DNA from: Lytechinus pictus
Taxonomy: Eukaryota
NCBI RefSeq assembly: GCF_037042905.1
Contig: NC_087245.1
Coordinates: forward strand, 42,968,001-43,032,000
Direction: 5' to 3'
DNA: 64,000 nucleotides
Shown: piece by piece, positions 1 through 14,900 of the stretch
How positions within the stretch are numbered: position 1 is the stretch's first letter
How the letters are laid out: every line of letters starts with the position of its first letter
Made by a program: the position numbers and the translations under genes
Notes under the pieces: generated by a model
Seen by the model: the letters and a program-made list of their open reading frames with translations, nothing else
What the model was told of the DNA's origin: nothing
Databases searched by the model: none

Positions 1-457
1 TCAGATTTTGATAAAATGTTCATCATTTTGCTCTGTGAATTTTACACTATTTATTTAGACATAAATACTTTCATCCCGGAATACCCCTTTAAGGTCTATT
101 TGCGGCCATGATAAAAATTCAATATTGAGAATTATATTGGATTATCACCAATCATTCCAATTTTACAAAGTGTATACACCGTTATTTTGTTTATTCGTAG
201 AATCCCTGTGAAATTTCAACATGACATTTGATATTAAACTCCCAAATGATTTGACTGGTATAAAAACGACAATTTTAACGCTTATCTTACGCAATTATAT
301 CAAGAAACTACAAATATGTTCTGGAATTATCAGCCCATTCGACATCTCATTCATGTAAAATTGCTAAATACACCCCAAAGAAAAAACCCGTTTCATTTCA
401 TATCACCAATCATTTTCATCAACTCATTTGTTTTAATTTTATATTAGTTATTATTAG

Positions 458-2383
458 TAGGGGTGGGCAAATTACAATTTTATTTCAAAAACGGGTGGAT
501 TCTATGGCAATTTTTGCTGCTGAGAACAAGTCTGACAACCATTTTGACCTACGAAGTAGTTTTATATTGGTTCCAAGCGATTTTTCAGAATGGCTGCCGA
601 ATTCCTTCCACATCAGTGTTTTAACAGGTAAATCCTTAAATATTTATACAAAAAAAGGCTTGCAATATGTCTAAATATATGTTTTCATGGTCACTGAGCA
701 CAAAATATATGAATCAGATAAGTTGAGTCATTAAAAATGACGATTTTTAGTGAAAAACGATATTTTGGGGTCATTTTTGGTAAAAATTGCCTCCAAATCA
801 CAATTTATGTACATAAAACCTCAATTATTTATTCATCTGTAGTTTGTTATATGTCTAAATATTTTTTTCATGGCCACTGAGTCCAACAATAGATAAAACA
901 GACAGGTTTGGTCTTTTGTTCTGTCCTTTTTAATAAATAAAATCTCATTTTCTGTAATTGTTGGTAAAAATTACTGAATACAGACTGCAAATATGCAACT
1001 ACAGCTTGTAATCTGTCTATAACCTTGTTTTTCTTGCTATTTGTTAGAGGTGTGCAATTCATAATTTTCAAATATTTTCTAGAGTGCTGAGTTCAAATAT
1101 TAGCATACTAAGAGATTAGAAGCATCATCATGGTGACAAAAAAAAAACAAGAAAAACAAGAATTTAAAAAAATGTACAGAATACATACTTTGAGCCTATA
1201 GCATCCGGGGGAACGTTTTATTAACATTTTCCATCCGACAATTTGTCAAGTCTGATAACTTTCCTTGACAATAATTGACTGAGACTCACTGTTACCATGG
1301 TAACTATGGGATAAAACAGCACTTGTCTGATAAACTTCTGACAAGTTCTTTCATGAAACCCTGGGTTGCAGAAGATATAATTCAGTACCAACGTTTAAAG
1401 GATTCATAGCCAATAGATTCAGTACTTGCTTGGGATTGTCTGTTATGGCATGATATTTAATCAAAATATTTCATCAATTTAGTTTATATCAACAAATTCA
1501 CAGTCTTTATAATCATTCAGAATGAATGTTTCACATGCTTCTTTATACGTATCTACATAATAATGGGTTATCTTGTTATAGTCCCCATGATAATGATGAT
1601 GATGGAACTGGTGGGCATCAATAAAAATGGGTGATAAGGATACTGTAGACAAAACATGAATAAGAGTGAAAATTTCCCTTTATCCTTCATATAAGTTGAG
1701 TTTAAGAAGATATAGATATAATGTATGCAGGCTAATTATATGTAAGACATAGACTTGCTAAGAGTCAGATTAACAAGTCTGACTACTTGTGAAAATCAGG
1801 CAATAATCATGATAATGGCAACAATGCCGGTCTGTGTATTATAACTTGGGGTACGATTTGTAACTTTTTAAAAGCTGGACTAACATAGTTATTGATGGAA
1901 CTCTTTCCAGGAAGAATATACTTATAAGTGGTGAATTTAAAAAGCAAGGATATAAGGGATCTACATGAATAAATGCTTGGCTCACTGTTCTGTCGAGGAC
2001 AATACAGTCGAATCACTCTTTCTTGCAACTGTATTGTTAGCACTGTACAAGAAGAAGGAAAATCTAACTATGGTCCACTGAAAAAAATATTAGCAATTTT
2101 TACAAAAAATCTGTATATCGCTGATGACATCAGCACTCTGCTACCACATGTAGTGTAAATAATGCACTTTAAATTATGAGTAAGGCTACATGTAGATTGC
2201 ATGGCAAAACATAAATTTTATGAAAACCCTAATTTCTAAAGCAATTTGACAATTTTTGTGAAAATGTAAATTGTTTTCCCTTATGTTTGACAACATAAAG
2301 TATGTACATAAGTCTGGTATTTGATATTATTTTTTAATTTTGTTATAAATAATGTGGAGATATTCTCAGTAAGACTGAAAATA

Positions 2384-2440
<57 letters not shown>

Positions 2441-3423
2441 CATAAAATGATAAACCTTTTGGTTCGTCCGACCCCATTTTTCTCAAGCCTTACTTCACTT
2501 CATAAATTGACCAAGTTATGGTCCTTTGAGAACATTACAGCCTGTAAAAAGAACAAGAAATCAGAGACAACAAAATTAATGAAGGTTCCACATATAGGGG
2601 TTGGACGTACATATTTTACGAAATTGCCCATATATATATATATACACACACACAGACACACTGCAATAGTTGCATGACTTGTATGTATCTGAAATCCTGC
2701 ATTGAAGCTATTTTTTTTTAGGGGGGGGGGGCGGGTAATATTTGATAAAAATCCACTAATTAAAAATAGAGATTGTTTTAATTCATACAATACAATTGAT
2801 ATTTGTAACTGTCTACCAAATCACAATAAAAAACGAGGTGATAAACAAATTACGAGTTGTAGTTACATGAATATTTGCAATCTATATTCAGTCATTTTTA
2901 CCCCAAAAATACAGAAAATGTGATTTTTGACTGAAAATAATTGTACAAAAGATCAAAACATGTATGTTCTATCTACTGTTGGACTCAGTGGCCATGAAAA
3001 CATGTATTCAGACATATAACAAACTACAGATGAATATATAATCAAGGTTCTATATACAAACATTGTCATTAGGGAGCAAATTTTACCAAAAATGACCCCC
3101 AAAACGCTGTTTTTCACCAAAAATCATCATTTTAAATGGCTCAACTTATCTGATTCATGTATTTTTGTGCTCAGTGACCAAAGAACATATAGTTGGATAC
3201 ATTGCAAGCCTTATTTGTATATATATTTAAGGATTTGCCTGTTAAATCACTGATGTGGAAGGAATTTGGCGGCCATTTTGAAAAATCGCTTGGAACCAAT
3301 ATAAAACTACTTCGTAGGTCAAAATGGTTGTCGGATTTGTGCTCAGCAGCATAAATTGCCATAGAATCCACCCGTTTGAAATTGAATTTCCCCCAAAAAA
3401 GTTTTTATTTGCCCACACCCCTA
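458..3423. mobile_element. Non-autonomous foldback DNA element with about 600-bp imperfect terminal inverted repeats
   Basis: About 458-1060 is the reverse complement of about 2820-3423 (TAGGGGTGGGCAAA ... TTTGCCCACACCCCTA; e.g. catggccactgagtccaac vs gttggactcagtggccatg). TSD not cleanly resolved. Confidence 0.8.
2387..2437. repeat. (AT)n microsatellite
   Basis: Pure AT run. Confidence 0.95.
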
Positions 3424-3819
3424 TTATTACTTCTTGTGTTATTATTTCTTTTTACTGTTTTAAGGCACGAACACTGAAAAACTTAGTTGGCAGCCGCATC
3501 AATTTCTTGAGGGATTTACCAAAATTTTTATTTTACTGTTTTTTACTGCGCAATGTGTAAAAAATTCGGTGTTTGGTCTCGAATCATAATCAGTCGTAAG
3601 ATATTACATTCTTACGACTGATGTTAGTTTCATGATCGAAATATGATTATTGAGATATCTTACTCTAAAGCCAGGTTTCCTTTTTGTGGGCGCACTGTAC
3701 ATATGTATCAACTTCGCTTGCATGTGGGCATAATTTCATACACATCCTACAATTTGTTGTAGTGCACAAGTCTAAGGTTAGATTCTTCACCACATGTATG
3801 CTTGTTTTAATTGAATCGA

Positions 3820-4101
3820 CACTGTTAAAAAAAAAAATGATTTTACAGAAAAAAAGAAGATTTTGCAGAAAGCAATTACAGAATCATTCTGTAAATTCAT
3901 AAAACATGAATTTTTCTGCAATTTAACAGAACAGGTCTGTTTAAAAAGGGGAAAAGGGTGTTTTATTTAAGGAAATTTGTAAGGTTACATACACCACATA
4001 CCGATTTCCTGTAATTTTACGCAATCTGGTAAGATTACAGGTGTTCTCGAGACTTTGCTGCAGGAACTTCTTTTATTTTAAGGATAAATTTTCTAACTCT
4101 G
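3820..4101. mobile_element. CACTG-ended MITE (EnSpm-type non-autonomous); same family as 20603-20883 in opposite orientation
   Basis: Near reverse-complement match to 20603-20883 over its length. Confidence 0.8.
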
Positions 4102-5545
4102 TAAACGAAAGTATATGCCGGTTTTTTTTTGTTGGAAATACAAGTATATGATACTAGACATCTGAATAAGAAAACTGCCAAAAAATTTACTGCATACACT
4201 AACCATGCTAACTAAATATGATATATTTAATGTTATAGAAAAAGCCAAGAATAGTAATTTCTCCCCTGCTCCTTCTTTTGCAATGAAATTACAATGCTAT
4301 AGTCTTTCAAACGCTTTATCTCACTTAAATGAGGATAATGGTAATCATGATGAGGAGGATGATTATAATAATAATTTTGATATAGTTGTATTTGCTAACT
4401 TTTATATTCTTGCAATACCAATATGTTAATGCAATCAGTAGTGCAATTATGTTGAAAATGTGAACAAATTAAGTTAAACAACGAGGTAGCATATCTCCTC
4501 CTTCACCTTCTCATTACTTTTCTATAAATGATGTTATGAATCAGTTCGACTCGTTTGATATGTGTATATCTCTTGCTTTTTTTTTAGTATATATGTAAAC
4601 AACCTTACTCTATTCATTTTATATTGCCCTGTATCATGTTCGTTTACAACAGGTAACAAGAGCGTATTCGTATTGTTATATTTTTCTATTTTTTTATCAA
4701 TAACAGGGGATTTATAACAAAAAAGTTATGATGGTGATGATGATCATGATGATAATAATGAAGATAATTACAGTGGGTTCAAACTGCTTTAGAGTCCACC
4801 TGCAGAAGGAACACATGTCTATAAAGAACACAAGTTTGGTTTCTCTTGAATTATTTCCCCCCTTAAAACGTGCAAGACAGACATGATAACAGCAATGACA
4901 AAAGCATCAATAAAATACTGACAATAATGACAATGCGATTTATTTAATGCTGGTAACCATGCAGAGTGTTTAGGCGTTTTTTTTTATTGTATTATTATTA
5001 ATTTCATTTTGGCTTTAGTCTTGCAACCATCGTGGTGCATAAGTATTCAAAGGAATCAGTGGCGTAGATATGTCTTCATACTGGTTGGTGAGAGGGGGTA
5101 ATTCCATATCGGCCAACTATAAACATGATACAAAAAAAAAGATACATGATGAATTCATGTATACGTTATGTGGGTGTGTGTGAGGGTGTCTGTATGTATT
5201 TATACATGTAAAGATGAGCGAGCGAGAAAAAAAAAACACTTTTCTAAATTAATTTTATTGTATATTGTGCACATAATGGGGATACATCCCCTCATTCCCT
5301 ACGTTTACGTGCCTTAAATGAAATTATAGGGTCAATTATAGGGTACACAGTTATTATTTCTGGGTCAATTAACGCCAGGGTAGGAGTTTGAACCAACGAC
5401 CCTCTGAATGCCGACAGTCGAAACGAACAACTAGATTACGACGCGACGCTCTCCCGTAACACCGCTTTGTCTTGTCCTTTCCAACCTTACCTACATGTAT
5501 ATTGTGATATAATGAACAATTATGAGAGAAATGTATAGGGGGACA

Positions 5546-5581
5546 TCACGTGGAGATGATTATGAGTGTTACGCATGCGCA
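5546..5581 (+). promoter_or_regulatory. Putative CTSC promoter: E-box/CLEAR-like TCACGTG (5546-5552) and NRF1-like ACGCATGCGCA (5571-5581)
   Basis: Motif matches about 230-270 bp upstream of the ATG; motif match only. Confidence 0.4.
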
Positions 5582-5813
5582 AATCTTCATTGAGGAATAA
5601 AACTGCATCAGACGATCATAATGTAGCTCATTTCCCTCCCTGCCAGTCCAGTTCAGCAACGTTGACGGCGACCGAAGTCACATTACCATATGGTTGATTC
5701 CTGGTCCATCGTCGAAACATTGGCTAAAAGAAACTTTCTTGAAGATTAATTCTTTTCATCAAAGTTCCCACTTTTAACAACCATCTCGGAAATATTTTGC
5801 GGTTCTGCCAAAG

Positions 5814-5978
5814 ATGGAGGCAATCTCGTTTCGAATCTATCTTTGGGCTTTTCAACTCCTATTTACTTTTCTGATATGGGAAGAAGGACCAAGAGGAGTG
5901 GCCCTGGTGGGAGCAGATACTCCTGCAAACTGCTCATTCGAGGAAATTGAAGGAACGTGGAAATTTCTCATGGGCCCG
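5814..5978 (+). CDS. CTSC: Cathepsin C exon 1 (signal peptide and start of exclusion domain)
   Basis: MEAISF...[23 protein letters not shown], donor gtaagc at 5979. Confidence 0.93.
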
Positions 5979-8900
5979 GTAAGCATCACCCTAATTCATT
6001 CTTCGAATGCACTAAATGTATTTGTACACTTACCTCAAAATGCAAGTACACTTATGATATAAACAAAGAATGAACATACAGTAGTGCTAAAAAGTGAACC
6101 CCACCAGAAAAGGAACATTGTTCAAAGTGTTCAAGTTCTGCCATGTTTTTGATATTTAATGGTGAAGTCAGATGATAAAATATTACATTCAATGAAGTTA
6201 GTTTCTCTGGGCTCACCGAACATTGTTATCTACATTCAGCACGAAGGATTGCATTTTGCGGTGGGGTCCACTAAATGTTAAGCGCAACTGTACTTGTGCA
6301 ATTTAACCGACGATAACGTAGTAACGAACGAAGGACTTCAACGTGTTAGAGGTTCGATTATAAAACATACACTCTAAAAAGAAAGAAAAATGTTTACCCA
6401 ATATTGGGTAAGATGGGAACATGCATGTTGGTTGGGTAAAAAAATAATATTTTGTAAATTTTACGCATCGTTGCGTTGAAATAGCCCAATTTGGGGTAAA
6501 AAAATATCAGTTAAACATGCACGTTTCCTTTCTACTCAATATTGGGTAAAATTCTACTCACTGTTTTTAGAGTGTATCAAAAGATCCATTATTGAGTAAT
6601 GTATTTTATAAAGAAGAAAGAAACAAAGGAATAACAGAACTAAATACATAAATAAATAAATATATAAATAAATGAATAAATAAATCAGCAATCCGTATTA
6701 AGGTGAGACACAAACATTTCCTTGCAATTGTTTCGAATAAAATGGATTCCCCATATTATAATAAATGGTTTTAAACCAGATTTAAAGGAGTGCTCACTGA
6801 AGCCGTCCATTCATTTGACACTTTCGTGGTTCTATTCTCGTTTTAAAATTAAGTTTTGACTTGAAGTAGATATTCACTACACTCTAAAAACACTGAGTAA
6901 AATTTTACTCAATATTGCGTAGAAAGGATACATGCATGTTTGCTGGGTATTTGTTTTGTGTGCCCCATATTGGGAAAATGCATGTTTAAAGGGTAAATTT
7001 CAACGCAACATTGTGTAAAATTTACAAAATATTTGGTATATTTTCACCCAACCAACATACATGTTCCCATTTTACCCAATATTGGGTTAACCATTTTAAG
7101 AGTGTAACGCAATGTGCCCCAAAAATACCATACGTGTGTATTCCTTTATTCATGTTTCCCCCCGAAATATTCCCACCCCCTACATTTTATGATATTTATG
7201 GGCTTTCATCATGGATGTCTACAATAGTTTCAATCAATCCTTTGACCATGTTGGGAATATATGTTGAATTACCATAACTCTGAAAGTGTATTGTTCTAGT
7301 TCCCAAAACATGGACATAAGAGTAATGAAGTATCACCGAACATCCTGTGCGAGAGTCAGGTCACATGGCCAAAGTCAAAGGTCATTAATAAGGACAATGA
7401 CCTTTGGCCATGTTGGAGGAAATTGTTGTCATAACTTTCAACGTTTATGAATAAAGTTTATGAAATGTGGACATAGGGGTAATCAAGTATCACTGACAAG
7501 TCTTAGGTCACGTGATCAAGGTCAAATATCATTTAGGGCCAATGAACGTAGTATTGTATCATTATATGAATTTGTGTTTTTTTGTGAATAATTATTCTAC
7601 AGTAGTTTTCAAAGTCAGCACTGCTGCTATATTGAATCGCGTAATGCTGGTGAGACTGCCAGAGGCGCTACACTTGTTATACTATATTTTGGTAGAGCAT
7701 GATGAAAAAAACCCAGAACCAAAATTTGGTGAGACTCGGTCCATGGGGCCCCAAGATATGAACTCATGAATACATAATTAGCCCCATCGAAGTCAATATA
7801 TTATTGGTCTGGTTATAAAAGTTAGGAACCAGACCAATAATACTTTGACTTCAATCATGTCAATGGGGCTAATTATGTATTCATGAGGTCATATCTCAGG
7901 CCCCCATGGACCGATTCTTAACAAATTTCGATAGTGGGGGGTTTCATCATGCGCTACCAAAATATGGTATCAAAAGCGCTGAAATGCAAAAAAAAATGTG
8001 ACATCATCATTTCGGTACTCTATTCTCCATATCGGAAAATGATAAGAGAACCTCCTTCTTTAAACTGTGTTTGATTGTTTGACAGACTACCCAAAACAAC
8101 AGAGTCAACTGTTCGAAGCCGTGGAACCCCGTTAGGACGTGGATTGTGAGTCTTCGATTCCCTGACCTTGCTATTGATGAAAACGGTTAGTTCTGATAGT
8201 TTGAAAACAATTTATCATCTATTTTTCATCATGGTTTTATCATATTCTATTTCAAAATAAACATCCATACCAATACATTAAATATAGGAAGGGATGAAAC
8301 CTCTTATAATCATAATGAGTTATGAACATTTTAATGTTAAGAGCACTAATGCTATGGAGACTTCCATTGGCAGTGCAGACAAGTTCTGTGATGTCAAAGT
8401 ATTTATTACTCTCCCCTTTGGACACTGAAGTGAAAACATATCCCGGAACATGTTATTTTGTTTATAACTCAATCATGATATAATCTTTCAAGACCTATAT
8501 TACACATACTGTAATAAAAAAGAACACCTGATCCTGCGTTAGACTAATTAAGATAAAAGAAAAAGAACTGATTATACAATAAAGTGATTGTGGAAGTTGG
8601 CCATGTGTGACTTTGCAGATCTTGGCTGCATTGCCAATGGGATTGATGTCAACATTCAAAGCTCACAGCTTTCTTACTTTTTGTTCCATATTATTCTTTA
8701 ATTCATCTGGTTTCACGAGTTCATTTTCCTTTAACCCTTTTACTACCGGAACCAGGTGATCCCTTTACAAAGAGTATTCGACGAACATATTTCAATAATC
8801 AACGGGTTAAAAACCTGTCTTTGAAATCACCTCATGCACAAATAACAGCAAATATTGGTTATATGTAATTACATGGCATTTAGAGGGGAATCATGAAAGT

Positions 8901-11900
8901 TTTGAACACTTATCTGACAAATTGAGTGATTGTATTTTTAAAATCTACAATGAAATATAAAATCCTGATTTCTCGCACTTCTCGTCAACCATTATGAATG
9001 TGCAAGTATATACCAAGAATTTACAAAATTCTTAATTGTTATATCACACCCTCCATTCAATTCCGTCCCACCCCTCCCACACCTCCAATATTCTATTCTG
9101 TTCCCACCTTGTAACTCTTATAATCATCTTTTGTAATATTCGCCACATCTCCGTGACGACCAGAGTAGTGGCAGGCAGAGCGTTAAGTTGGGTGGAGGTC
9201 GCTTGGAACCGTTCGTCTACAGAGAACGCCATATGCTACGCAAAAAAGCATTACTTACAGTGTCGCTGTATACTGATTCGTCTAATGCCCATACACGATA
9301 ATCATTTCATGACCCAAATTCACGACAATTTTTTGTATTATTATTAACACTATAAAAAGTTACGAGTTACTTGTTACCAATTCTACTACTACAAACATTT
9401 CAAAAATGTAATAATCTATAAAAATTGTGCAACAAAAACTTTTTACGAAAACGTACACCCCTTTCAGGAATATATAACAGATATGGAAAATGTCGGTAGC
9501 GACCAGTAAACCTTGCAGCTCATGACGCCAATGGCAGGGGGTAGACGCAGCATTGCGAATTAATTGCCAGGTAGTCTTATCATGCGTAAAATGACAAGTC
9601 AATCTCAATTACTTTGTACCAGGTCCTTCCAAGACAGCCTTGCATCTTGACAGGTTTTAAGGAGGTATAAAGATGTCAAAACCGTCTGCGAAATATATGA
9701 AATTTGATTTATCTCGACTGCTTTAAAATGTTCGTAATCATTCCACATTCATGCACTAATTTCAAAGTATATTCATTACAATAATTAATATATCCTTCTT
9801 TTCCTCCTGCGAAGAAGACAGTGCTCCATAGTGTGTGTGTCACAGTGTATTCAACAGTGTGCAACACAATGTGAAATCACCTTCACACTGTTTAATTTAA
9901 GCATTTCAACAGTGGGAATCACATATTCGCATACTAGTAGTCGACTGTGTGAACAAGCTATGAAGAGTCGCTCTGTGGAGGTGTCCATGGTGTGAAAATA
10001 TCTTCACATTGTTGAATTCTAGCATTTTAACAGTGGGAATAATATTTTCTAATAGTCCACTATGTGAAAACTGTGTGACACTGTGCTGTCTCTAGCAGGT
10101 TCATTTCCTTGGTGATTGCATAGTTAGTTAGCTTCATAATGATTTTTGTTTTCAGGAGAGAAATTGCGACATTGCTCCTCGCCTAAAAATATAAACCCTT
10201 TCGACATTTTTTGGCTATACTTGTCAAAATAGTGACATATTTTCAGTTAGAAATAGGCATAGAATCTATTGTTGCGTTGGATATGAAATTAGTGAAAAAA
10301 GGTTATCAAATTGATTTGAAAAAGAGGGCAACGAAATGTTCACAAATTAAATTAAATGAGATGCTATTGTGACTTGAAATGATTGCGTATTTCATTTTAA
10401 TCTAAATTATCAAATTCAAACGATCACAAAGGATCAAATTATTAATAAGAGTTTATAAAATACCCCAACGTCACTAGGTGTGTTCTTTATATCACAATAA
10501 ATATTCTAATTTGAAAAAAAAAATAATCCATTCATATTCAAATATAATACGCTTACCACACGCACTTGCTTTGAGTAAATGTTTAAAATCGTTAGATTTA
10601 TGTGCGAGGTTGGCAAATTAAAATGAAAAAAAAAAATAACTATATATTTATATATTTCCTTAAAAAACAAACTAACCTTGATGAGATTTTTTAACAAACA
10701 TATCCGGTTCTTCTTTTATATTTACAATTCATAATCTTGCTGCGAGTATAGGAAGAATTGGATTCTGGACGCTCATATACAATCAGGGCTACGAGGCGGT
10801 GATTCGTAACCGAAAATTCTTTGGCTTCTCTGATTTCGAAAAGATCTCGAAGAAGAAAGTTATTAGTTACTGCAACGTCTCCATCGGTTGGTCTCATAAT
10901 GACGATCAAACAGACTGGGCCTGTTACAGGGGTGAACAGATAAAACGCTTCCGTGACACCGGGTCTCCAGTCAAGGTTACCAACCTGGACGAGTCTTCAA
11001 CGCAGTTTGATGAACACGCCATTCACAGAAGGAACGACAAGTTCATCGAAGGTAATGACAATTAATGATCAGGGGCATGTGCCATAAAAACTTACAATTA
11101 ATTATTGTAGTAATTTTGCCGTCAATGTAACTACATGGATATGTTTATTTTGATTGGCATTGGAGCCTTGTTACCATCGTGGTTGCCATCATGAAAAAGT
11201 TTCAATAGTTGCAACTCTTAATGAAACGGGCTCCAGAAAGGGAAATAAGTATTCTTGCAAACATTCTTGTCAAGTTTTCACATTTTAAAGAACATTTGGT
11301 CGTAAACATTATGAAAGCCATTACCATATTTACAGGATGTTTGAAATGAACTATCGCCATTGATTTATATTGCTCTATACCATAATTTATATACCGTCTA
11401 CTGATAAATATAGTTTGAAATTTCATATAAATGCTTACTCTCCAATCAGATCTGTTGAAAAAATTGAATGAAAAGCTTTTTTTTATATAATTATCTAAAT
11501 TGTTTTATGTTATTAAATTATAACGAATGTATTTTGAATCAACTATTTATATGATTTATGTTTTATTTCCTTGACAAGAAATGTGATTATTATAGAACAA
11601 ATGGCCCAGATTTCAATATAAGAAATAAACCCTTGGTTTACTGCATTTTCGGGTGATATTTCTAGAATTAATCTGTCAAAGCAGTCTGTGCATTTGGCGA
11701 ATTTTGATATTAATTTTCATTAATTCTAGAATTCTTATGTATTTTAAGAGAAAAATACAAGAAAATCATGCGAGCTGCTGGCTTAAATGCTTTCCTAATG
11801 GCCCTTTCCTAGTTCGAAAAGGAGTCTTACAACACATTACTAGGCATAAAAGGTTATTTGCTGCATACAATTACTGAAGTACTTTATGCATTATTTCAAT

Positions 11901-14900
11901 TATCAAGCCATCAATAAACACCAAGATTCTTGGACCGCCACCTACTACGACCGTTACAAAAACTTGACTCTCGGTGATCTCAGACGAAGGGCAGGTGGCA
12001 AGCTTTGGAAGCGTATATGGCCTGATGTTGCTCCAACAGATGAACGCACCCGACAAGGTATGTCAAGGCAGGGGAAGTGGCAGGCGAAATTATTTTTCCA
12101 ACAGTAGTTACGGACCCCAATATGAATATTCATGACTTGTGTCTTCGAAATAAGAGTACGCATGCGCGTGGACGAAATTGTGTTCGTTCGCGTTGCATGC
12201 CATGAATAAATCAGCACCCTCAAATTGCCGTTACCCTTAGGCCTTAAGGCCCCCTCACACTTAACCGAATTGCCTGAAATATGCCTTGCGATGGCTGGCG
12301 AAAGGCATTTTTTAAGAAATCTCTTTCAATGGTATCTGATATTAAAATCATATTTACCCTTCGTGTTTGGGTTCGTACACCTTCTGAACTAACAGCTGCA
12401 ATTATTCAAATTCGCGCGGAAATTTTGAACATGTTTAAAATTTCCCGACGAATTGAGAAATCGTTTGAATTCGCATCTCCTATTTAGTCTGCGGTAATTG
12501 TTTATCGTTCGTGTTTTATTGTCGCGCATAGTCCCTCAACGTGCTTTTGCCAAAGTGGACCGATCTCGAAAGAACCCGTAACGAAGCAACACGATGACAC
12601 AACGAATAAGATTGCCCGATCTATTCCCTCGTCTTCGTTTCTAATAGCACGCCATATCAAACCATTGCTCACTGTTCGTTCGTCTTATTGGGTTATATCA
12701 ACCCTTCGCTCGCCTTCGGCCGCAATTTTCTCAAAGAGGTGAACCGAACAATCGATATCCTTCGCATGTCATAGTTGTCCTTCGCTTACCGTTCGTTGAT
12801 ACAATTTGACAATAGTTACTGATCGCATGATCTGACTGAAATTTTTATTTGAATTCGTTGAATTCGCGTGCATTTCGTTCATTTTTCTCATTCGTCACCA
12901 TTCGGTCATGTGTGAGGGGGCTTTAAGGCTTAGATCTAATTCTTAAACACTTATCAAATTGTCATTAGTGACAAGACAAAATGCTAGGTTATGACTTGCC
13001 GAGGCTAGGGCATTTACTTTATCTGAAATCTTGGTTTGTCTGGCGATGCCTGCAGCCTAAGCCCACGGTAAATTAGAACTGGTTGGTAAAAGACAGTAGA
13101 AGGTTCTAGATCTAGTTGCAGCAAACAATTAGACTTTCTATTTCATGAGAAAGTCTTTTAAATCAAGGCTAATTGTCAAAATATTATCCTCAATCTAGAT
13201 CTGGTACATTAATGTAAGCTTATCTTTGTAGAGTCATGAAATCTGATAAAAATCAATATTTCTGATGATGACTAACACAGAAAAGCATATGTGACACAGT
13301 GTATTAATGATTAAATGCGAATGTGTTTGATCATCATCTTACAATGATAACTAGAACATTAGTTCTCAAGGGATAAACCTTGAATTCATCCATCTAGCCA
13401 TTGTCTGGAAATGTAATCTCTACCATTTCTTCCATTGGCGATTACAAGTGACAGTTCCCCACCTCTGTTTAATACTACAGGGTCACAAATATTGGAAAGA
13501 TCAATAACTCGTATTCCTCCATATTGTGACATAACCGTTGATTACTTCAGTTGTAAAGGCCTCATCACGAGTCAGCATGGGAAGTTTTGGCAGATCACTT
13601 TGCTGTATTATTAGCATTGTTAGATTGGTATGTTTCGATGCACTTGTAACCTATATTTCAAAAGACATTTCATGATTATTTTCTTTAACTTAATTCGGTA
13701 TAGAACGGCGTGTGGTAATATGAAGCACCAGCCATGCCAGCCACGTTGTCTTTACAAAATGTGTGTAAATTTTTTTTGTCAGATCAGTTCTGTCACATAG
13801 GCGGATCCAGGGGGGCCCGAGGGGCCCGGCCCCCCCCCCCCCCTATTGGCGGAGCAAAAAAAAGGAAAAAAGAAGGGGAAGAAAGGAGGGAAAAAAAGAA
13901 GAGCAAAATAGGAGGAGGGAGACGAGTGAAATAAATTAGGTCAGGGGAAGACTTGGAAAATGATTTTAAGAAATATATATATTTCATGTCACTTTATTAG
14001 ATTTTCGCTCGCGCTACGCACATATCATGTTCGATGACATACATAATCTTGCTCAATAGGCTGATATGTAGCTTAAAATATCAAGTTTCGAAGTCAATAT
14101 ACAAAACATATTTCAACTCGGACATCGAGCTCTTATTATTTTGTTTGATTTACAAATTGATTTTTTTTGTGCTCTGTAAAATGTCCGTGTTATGGTGTGA
14201 ATACCATTTGCAGCTTTTTGCGCTGTGCGCTCGCATTATTTGATTTGCCAAGTAGGCCTACATATTGTCTTTGTTTTATTCCATAAGATTCTTTATACAT
14301 TAATTATATAACTACTTAAAACCCCCTTTTATGACAGTTTATCAATAATTTCGTCTCGCGATTTGCGCTCGCATTTATAGTTAAAAATATATCAACTCAT
14401 AAATCCTATTCATGATTACAAAATTGCTTAAAATATGGAGGTTTTAGGCATTAAATGTCAACAACTTTCACTCACTCATTAGGCTTATTACATTAAATAT
14501 GATGATAAAATTTCCATGAATTCTTATTAACTATCTTATCCCTTTTTCAGAAAGGTATATCGACAAGTTTTATATCGCGCTTAGGAATAGGAATATGAAG
14601 ATAGTCATCATTTTCATATGATGACAAAATTTAATTAAGCCTAGACTGTCTAGGTCCTAGGTCAAAATAATAATAAAAATATCAGTTCGCGCTTCGCACT
14701 TGTATCATGTATTAAGTGCTATCCACATACACTTCACAATTTCCCTACACAGTCCTTTGGATAGTGCTTAAATTCACCCTTTTCATACCGGAATATCAAA
14801 TATTTCTCGCTCGCGCTTCGCGCTCATATTGATTTTCATGAAAAAAAAAATGTATTCAGAATGCCCAGATTCTGTCTAACTCTAAAATACGCGCAAACAT

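Noticed and set aside
2321..2677. 118-aa ORF with an IY repeat
   Set aside because: Reads through an (AT)n microsatellite inside a non-autonomous element
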